From: a bacterium
GTDB lineage: Bacteria > Patescibacteriota > Minisyncoccia > Phycocordibacterales > Zambryskibacteraceae
DNA: 10,925 nt
Assembly (NCBI GenBank): GCA_030649135.1
Contig: JAUSGI010000001.1
Span: forward strand, 1-10,925
Direction of reading: 5' to 3'
The position numbers were made by a program, and so were the translations under genes. Of the stretch, positions 6,070 through 10,925 are shown in pieces (position 1 is the first letter of the stretch; every line of letters begins with the position of its first letter). A model generated the notes under the pieces. The model was given only the letters and a program-made list of their open reading frames with translations. It made no database searches and was not told the origin of the DNA.

Positions 6070-7196
6070 AAGTTTTAATGATCTCAAGTGATAGGAATAT
6101 TTTGGTTCCCGGGAGCGCTGTTTCGGAGCGGATGAAAGAGTATGGAAATTTAGTCGAAGAGCTTCATATTGTGCTTATGTCAGATGCACGGCACAAATTG
6201 AAGGATAAGCAGTTGTCGAATAATGTATGGGTCTACACAACGAATTCCCCGATGACTTTTATGCGTCCGTTCAATGCCGCTCGGCTTGGCAGAAAAGTGG
6301 TATTTGATAGTCAGTTTGTGCGGGGGCGATCCATTATCACCACCCAAGATCCTTTCGAGTGTGGATGGGCTGGATTAAGGATAAAGAAGAGATGGAAGAT
6401 ACCATTGGAAGTACAACTGCATACTGACCCGTTTTCACCGTATTTTTCTGGTTTATTAAATCAGATCCGAAAAATTATTGCGAGAAGAGTTTTGCGTAAT
6501 GCCAATAGTGTACGGGTGGTTACTCTCGGTCTTAAAACTAAAGTTTCCGCTTTTACTTCTGCCGACATTAGTGTCTTGCCGATATATGTTGACCGTAAGC
6601 ACATTGAGGAGGCGAAAATTTCCTTTGACCTGCATACGCGTTATCCTTGGCATTTTATTCTGCTTGCCGTCTCGCGTCTTGCACCAGAGAAGAATCTTAG
6701 TCTGGCTCTTCGGGTGCTTGTACTTGTGCGAGAAAGATTCCCGGATACGGGACTGGTGATAGTCGGCTCTGGTCCGGAAGAAGGGCGGCTTAAGGCACTT
6801 ACTCAAAAGCTTAAACTTGTAGGAGCGGTTGAGTTTGTGGGTTGGCAGGACGATTTAACTTCCTTTTATAAAACTGCCAATGTCTTTATTCAAACCTCTA
6901 TCTTTGAGGGTTATGGCCTGTCATTAGTGGAGGCTGGTCTGTCCGACTTACCGGTCGTTACCACACCGGTTGGCATTGCACAAGAGTTGGAGAATGGTAA
7001 GGACGCATATATATATCCTGCAAATAATATCGAGGCTTTCGCAAATGGCATTGTAGACTTAATCGAGAATAATCAAAAGCGTGAAAACTTGCGTTTAAAC
7101 ATGAAGCAAACTCTCGAGGTAATGCTTATATCTAAAGGAGAATATCTAAAGGAGCTAAAGTCCAGTTGGGAGAAAACTGCTTTAAAGGTTAATTAG
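6066..7196 (+). CDS. GT4-family (GT-B fold) glycosyltransferase
   Basis: The segment LAVSRLAPEKN...EGYGLSLVEAGLSDLPVVTTPVG carries an EX7E motif. There is an ATGA start/stop overlap with the upstream gene. Confidence 0.9.
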   Translation: MKVLMISSDRNILVPGSAVSERMKEYGNLVEELHIVLMSDARHKLKDKQLSNNVWVYTTNSPMTFMRPFNAARLGRKVVFDSQFVRGRSIITTQDPFECGWAGLRIKKRWKIPLEVQLHTDPFSPYFSGLLNQIRKIIARRVLRNANSVRVVTLGLKTKVSAFTSADISVLPIYVDRKHIEEAKISFDLHTRYPWHFILLAVSRLAPEKNLSLALRVLVLVRERFPDTGLVIVGSGPEEGRLKALTQKLKLVGAVEFVGWQDDLTSFYKTANVFIQTSIFEGYGLSLVEAGLSDLPVVTTPVGIAQELENGKDAYIYPANNIEAFANGIVDLIENNQKRENLRLNMKQTLEVMLISKGEYLKELKSSWEKTALKVN

Positions 7197-7443
7197 AACA
7201 GGGAAGCTGTGGATAAGTATAAGATATTAGAAATTAAATCAACATAGCCATAATAGTCATAAGAATGGGTCAATGCACATTATGAATATAATTATAAAGG
7301 TTTTTCTTAATAAAATTAAAATAGTTTATTAAGGTTTAATAATGTTTGTAAATCTTTCTACTCGGACTTAAAAAGCATAAGTTCACTACTTTTTGAGTCT
7401 TCATTCTATCCTTATTTTATAAGGCATTTTACCAATTTTTACT

Positions 7444-7452
7444 TGGTATAAT
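7444..7452 (+). promoter_or_regulatory. Extended -10 element TGGTATAAT (identical 9-mer to the one at 372-380), with a weak -35
   Basis: It lies at the end of a 275-bp region of about 75% AT. The predicted TSS at about 7459 falls just after an in-frame TAG (7456-7458) and 12 nt before the TTG start. Confidence 0.45.
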
Positions 7453-7470
7453 CATTAGACAACAAATAAT

Positions 7471-10400
7471 TTGAAAGCCCAAAGATTGCTAGCAACTGGA
7501 TTGAGCGGTTTTATAATCGGAATTTTGGTTCTCAGTTTTTTAGGGGTATCTTTAAATAAGGTTTTTGCGGCGGGACCACCCTCAATTTTGAGCTATCAAG
7601 GTCGCCTTACTAATGCTTCAGGAAGTCTTCTTGGTGGTTCATCCGGAACTACTTTCTATTTCAAATTTTCAATATGGAGTGCTGCTAGTGGCGGGGCAAA
7701 GCTCTGGCCAGCATCCGACCCGACATCTTATGGCATTACGGTCAGAGAAGGCGTATTCAATGTAAATATTGGCGACACTACGAATGGTTATCCAGATACG
7801 CTTAATTATGATTTCTCGACGAGCACGAATGTATTTTTAAAGGTTGAAGTTTCTGATGATGATGTTGATTTTGAAACTCTCACTCCGCGACAGCAAATCA
7901 ATTCTGTCGCTTTTGCTCAAGTGGCGGGGGCGGTAGTTAGTGCATCTTCCACCATCGCCAATCTCACTGGTACTAACGCCACTACTACCAATGCTACTTC
8001 CACAAATTTCTTTAGTACTACAGCATCTTCAACAAATCTTTTTTCTGCCGCCATAACTTCAGGCTCTGCTATCTTTGCGAATCTTTTGGTAACCAGCTCA
8101 TCAACGCTCCAAAATTTCACTTTCACAAATGCTACAGGAACTTCCGCTACTACGACCAATCTCTTCTCCACCACTGCATCATCTTCCAACTTATTCACGG
8201 CATTATTCAACGGCGCTGGGTTAGCCACTTGCCAATCGAACAACGTCCTCACCTGGTCTGGTGGTATTTTCGGTTGCGAAACGGACGACAACACCTTCGC
8301 ATGGACTCCCATCTCTTACGGTACTCAAAACGTAGTTGCGACATCGACCGGCCTCTGGCTCAAAGGCTCACCTCTAGGCTTAGTTGCTTCTTCTACTTTC
8401 GCCACTTACTCCACCTCGACCAATGCCACCTCGACTAACTTTTTCTCTACTATCGCTTCGTCTACCAGTCTTTTCACATCAGCTTTGACCGTGAATGGCT
8501 TCGCCTTCACGGTCAATGGCGCTCCCACTTTGAACGACTGGTTCGACCAGTCCCTTAAGATCTCGGACGGGCCCGCTTTTTCCACTATCGATACTGGCCA
8601 TGGGGGTAATGAGCTCTATGCTATGGACCAAAACGTTCGGATCTCCGACGACGTAATCTTCGACGAACTCTTGCTAACCGGTTCTTCCACTTTGAGAAAT
8701 TTCACCTTCTTAAACGCCACCGGCACTTCCGCTACTACCACTAACTTCTTCGCCACGAATGCAAGTTCGACAAATCTCTTTACTACTCGACTTGGCATTG
8801 GCACTTCAAACCCCAGCAGTGCTCTAGAAGTTAATGGTGATATTCGTATCACCGCGAATTCCGGAGGGCGTCTCTACTTTAGTGATAGTTCCACACAAAA
8901 TAGTGCAATCGTGTCGGGAAGTGGTATTACAAGTTGGAGCGACTTGAATTTTCAAACCGGCGGAATCATGAACTTCCAAACCGGTAATGGTCTCGGCACC
9001 GCTACCACTACTCATATGGTTTTGGCTAATAACGGTAATATCGGGATTGGTACCACAACCCCAGGCACCCCGCTTGCTGTCACCGGTGCCGGAGTATTTA
9101 CTGGGTTAGTGACGGCACCCTTTTTCAATGCCACTTCTACAACCGATGTTTCTAATTTCCAACAAGTTCTCGTCCTTGCTTCCTCCACTCTTCAAAACTT
9201 TACTTTCTTAAACGCCACCGGCACTTCTGCTACTACCACTAGCTTCTTTGCTACTGTTTTAAATGCTACTACTGCTTCCACCACTAATCTTTTAGTAACC
9301 AGCTCATCAACGCTCCAAAATTTCACTTTCACAAATGCTACAGGAACTTCCGCCACCACCACCAATCTTTTCTCCACCACCGCATCATCTTCCAACTTAT
9401 TCACAGCATTATTCAACGGTGCCGGTCTTGCCACCTGCCAAACCAACAACGTCCTCACCTGGTCTGGTGGTATTTTCGGTTGCGAAACGGACGACAACAC
9501 CTTCGCATGGACTCCCACCTCTTACGGTACTCAAAACGTAGTTGCGACATCGACCGGTTTATGGCTCAAAGGTTCGCCTCTAGGCTTAATTGCCTCTTCT
9601 ACTTTCGCCACTTACTCCACCTCGACCAATGCTACTTCTACTAATTTCTTTGCCACCACGGCTTCATCCACTAGTCTTTTCGCAGCGGTCTTATCATCAG
9701 GCTCCGCCACCCTCGGCGATCTTTTACTTAACAGCTCATCGACACTCCAAAACTTTACTTTCCTAAATGCTACTGGCACTAACGCTACCACTACCAATAT
9801 TTTCTCCACCACTGCTTCTTCTACTAATCTTTTCACCGCTCTTTTCAATGGCGCTGGTCTTGCTACCTGCCAGACCAACAACATGCTCACTTGGGCTGGA
9901 GGAACATTCGGTTGCGAGGTTGATAATGATACCTTCGAATGGACTCCCACCGCTTGGGGCAACTCTACTTCCACCACTCTCGGTTTCTCGCAAGGTTTCC
10001 TCTCTACCGCTTCTTCTACCATAGACTCCAACTTGATTATCACTGGTAACTCCACTACTACCAACGCCACCACTACCAATATTTTCTCCACCACCGCATC
10101 ATCAACCGGTCTTTTTGCAGCGGTTTTATCATCAGGCTCCGCCACCTTCGGCGATCTTTTAATAAATAGCTCATCGACACTCCAAAACTTTACTTTCTTA
10201 AATGCTACTGGCACTAACGCTACCACTACCAATATTTTCTCCACCACCGCATCCACCACTAACTTCTTTGGTGCTGACTTAACCCCATGTACTTCAAATA
10301 ACGTCTTGACTTGGACAGGGGGGAAGTTTGGCTGTGAAGCAGATGACACCGGTAGTGCCACCTTCGGCAAAGACTGGAACATCTTTACCGTTGGCCGGCT

Positions 10401-10925
10401 TGCCCCGACTACCACAGTGGCTGTTTATGTGGGAGCAACCACCACAGCCTCCCTTACCAACAACTCGTACTTCCAAGTGAATGCGACTTCCACTACTGGA
10501 GACTTAATCGTGGCTTCTTCCTCCCAGGACTTCACTGGCAACTTCTTAAGATTCCTCAATGCCGCTGGTGCAACTCTCTTCTCTGTTGATAATACCGGTT
10601 CTTTGATTGCCGCTTCCACTACTTTCACCAACGCTACCTCGACCAATCTCTTCTCCACCACCGCATCTTCATCGAACCTCTACACCGCTCTCTTTAATGG
10701 CGCCGGTCTTGCCACTTGCCAAACCAACAACGTCCTCACCTGGGCCGGTGGAGAGTTCGGTTGCGAAGCGGATGATAGCGGCAGCGCTGGCTTCGGCAAA
10801 ACTTTTGAAATGTCCAACACCAACTTCCTCGCTCCCACCACCACGGTCTCGGTGATTATCGGCTCCACCACCACCCCGGACAAAAGCGCTTTATTCCAAG
10901 TGAACGCCACCGGCACCACAGGTAA
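7471..10925 (+). CDS. Giant secreted Thr/Ser/Asn-rich tandem-repeat surface protein, 3'-partial (at least 1,151 codons; continues beyond the window)
   Basis: I translated the frame by hand from TTG 7471 (TTG 7486 is an alternative start) to the window end and found no stop codon. The N-terminus, KAQRLLATGLSGFIIGILVLSFLGVSLNKVFA|AG, is a signal peptide. The body consists of repeated modules S-T-L-Q-N-F-T-F-x-N-A-T-G-T-x-A-T-T-T-N-x-F-S-T-T-A-S-S-x-N-L-F followed by A-L-F-N-G-A-G-L-A-T-C-Q-T-N-N-V-L-T-W-x-G-G-x-F-G-C-E-x-D-D. The ORF track omits it because no stop lies in the window and the start is TTG. Confidence 0.85.
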   Translation, partial: MKAQRLLATGLSGFIIGILVLSFLGVSLNKVFAAGPPSILSYQGRLTNASGSLLGGSSGTTFYFKFSIWSAASGGAKLWPASDPTSYGITVREGVFNVNIGDTTNGYPDTLNYDFSTSTNVFLKVEVSDDDVDFETLTPRQQINSVAFAQVAGAVVSASSTIANLTGTNATTTNATSTNFFSTTASSTNLFSAAITSGSAIFANLLVTSSSTLQNFTFTNATGTSATTTNLFSTTASSSNLFTALFNGAGLATCQSNNVLTWSGGIFGCETDDNTFAWTPISYGTQNVVATSTGLWLKGSPLGLVASSTFATYSTSTNATSTNFFSTIASSTSLFTSALTVNGFAFTVNGAPTLNDWFDQSLKISDGPAFSTIDTGHGGNELYAMDQNVRISDDVIFDELLLTGSSTLRNFTFLNATGTSATTTNFFATNASSTNLFTTRLGIGTSNPSSALEVNGDIRITANSGGRLYFSDSSTQNSAIVSGSGITSWSDLNFQTGGIMNFQTGNGLGTATTTHMVLANNGNIGIGTTTPGTPLAVTGAGVFTGLVTAPFFNATSTTDVSNFQQVLVLASSTLQNFTFLNATGTSATTTSFFATVLNATTASTTNLLVTSSSTLQNFTFTNATGTSATTTNLFSTTASSSNLFTALFNGAGLATCQTNNVLTWSGGIFGCETDDNTFAWTPTSYGTQNVVATSTGLWLKGSPLGLIASSTFATYSTSTNATSTNFFATTASSTSLFAAVLSSGSATLGDLLLNSSSTLQNFTFLNATGTNATTTNIFSTTASSTNLFTALFNGAGLATCQTNNMLTWAGGTFGCEVDNDTFEWTPTAWGNSTSTTLGFSQGFLSTASSTIDSNLIITGNSTTTNATTTNIFSTTASSTGLFAAVLSSGSATFGDLLINSSSTLQNFTFLNATGTNATTTNIFSTTASTTNFFGADLTPCTSNNVLTWTGGKFGCEADDTGSATFGKDWNIFTVGRLAPTTTVAVYVGATTTASLTNNSYFQVNATSTTGDLIVASSSQDFTGNFLRFLNAAGATLFSVDNTGSLIAASTTFTNATSTNLFSTTASSSNLYTALFNGAGLATCQTNNVLTWAGGEFGCEADDSGSAGFGKTFEMSNTNFLAPTTTVSVIIGSTTTPDKSALFQVNATGTTG
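8083..8476 (+). repeat. Intragenic direct repeat, copy A (about 390 nt), paired with 9289..9682
   Basis: The offset is exactly 1206 nt with no indels. Roughly nine in ten nucleotides are identical by eye across the compared core (8091-8230 vs 9297-9436). Nearly all differences are synonymous third positions, and the proteins differ at only about 3 of roughly 118 residues. Confidence 0.8.
9289..9682 (+). repeat. Intragenic direct repeat, copy B, paired with 8083..8476
   Basis: See copy A. Confidence 0.8.

Noticed and set aside
2233-6806. Internal or antisense ORFs within the ATPase and GT genes (for example 2233..2649 -, 2511..2786 -, 2973..3257 -, 3429..3791 -, 4191..4427 +, 4681..4956 -, 4775..5044 -, 5475..5690 +, 5797..6015 -, 6456..6806 -, 6478..6759 +)
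   Set aside because: They are embedded in genes with clear Walker or EX7E motifs on the + strand. There is no evidence for overlapping genes.
7917-10919. Minus-strand ORFs with repetitive VVVAEVPVAFVKVKFWSVDEL... translations, and plus-strand Pro-rich ORFs (9335..9541, 9767..10024, 10607..10855)
   Set aside because: They are reverse-complement and shifted-frame readings of the Thr/Ala/Ser-codon-rich giant gene. The true frame carries a signal peptide, conserved Cys spacing and synonymous-only repeat divergence.
7950-10925. Regularly recurring sequence units that could be mistaken for a CRISPR array or a satellite
   Set aside because: The repeats are in-frame, 100-400 nt long, imperfect at third positions, and lack short unique spacers of constant length. 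They are protein-coding repeats.

Overview
This is a low-GC (about 40-45%) bacterial window. The divergent 16S 3' end, the mostly Shine-Dalgarno-free native gene starts and the giant Thr/Ser/Asn-rich surface protein next to glycosyltransferases suggest a reduced or CPR-like lineage (a loose inference). Order of features on the + strand unless stated: (1) the 3' terminus of a 16S rRNA gene (1-84) whose helix 45 is intact through compensatory changes but whose CCUCC anti-Shine-Dalgarno is replaced by UAAUUCA. It is followed by a bidirectional terminator, not by tRNA/23S genes. (2) A convergent tRNA-Ile(GAT) on the - strand. (3) A small membrane protein and a TIM-barrel putative glycoside hydrolase, expressed from an extended -10 promoter that places the first ATG in a leaderless position. 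(4) A roughly 450-bp GC-rich island (about 58% GC, GC3 about 77%). It carries a consensus TTGACA-N17-TATAAT promoter, a strong AAGGAG Shine-Dalgarno site, a 114-aa ORF of unknown function and a perfect 10-bp-stem terminator. An 8-bp direct repeat TGTATAAT bounds it, and it sits exactly between a promoter and the ATG of the next gene. (5) A translationally coupled operon: a TraG/VirD4-like P-loop ATPase with no transmembrane segment and a Pro/Gln-rich tail, plus three GT-B/GT4 glycosyltransferases. (6) A 275-bp region of about 75% AT. (7) A giant secreted repeat protein of at least 1,150 aa that runs off the window end. The ORF track does not list it because it is open-ended and starts at TTG. 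It is built from repeated Cys-X13-Cys modules rich in N-X-S/T sequons, with two roughly 390-nt intragenic repeats that differ almost only at synonymous sites. The antisense and alternate-frame ORFs the track lists over this gene are artefacts. The most interesting hypotheses are a ribosome without an anti-SD combined with leaderless genes, a foreign SD-bearing GC-rich cassette that captured a promoter, and an SRRP-like glycosylated-adhesin locus (GT4 x3, ATPase, Ser/Thr-rich giant protein).
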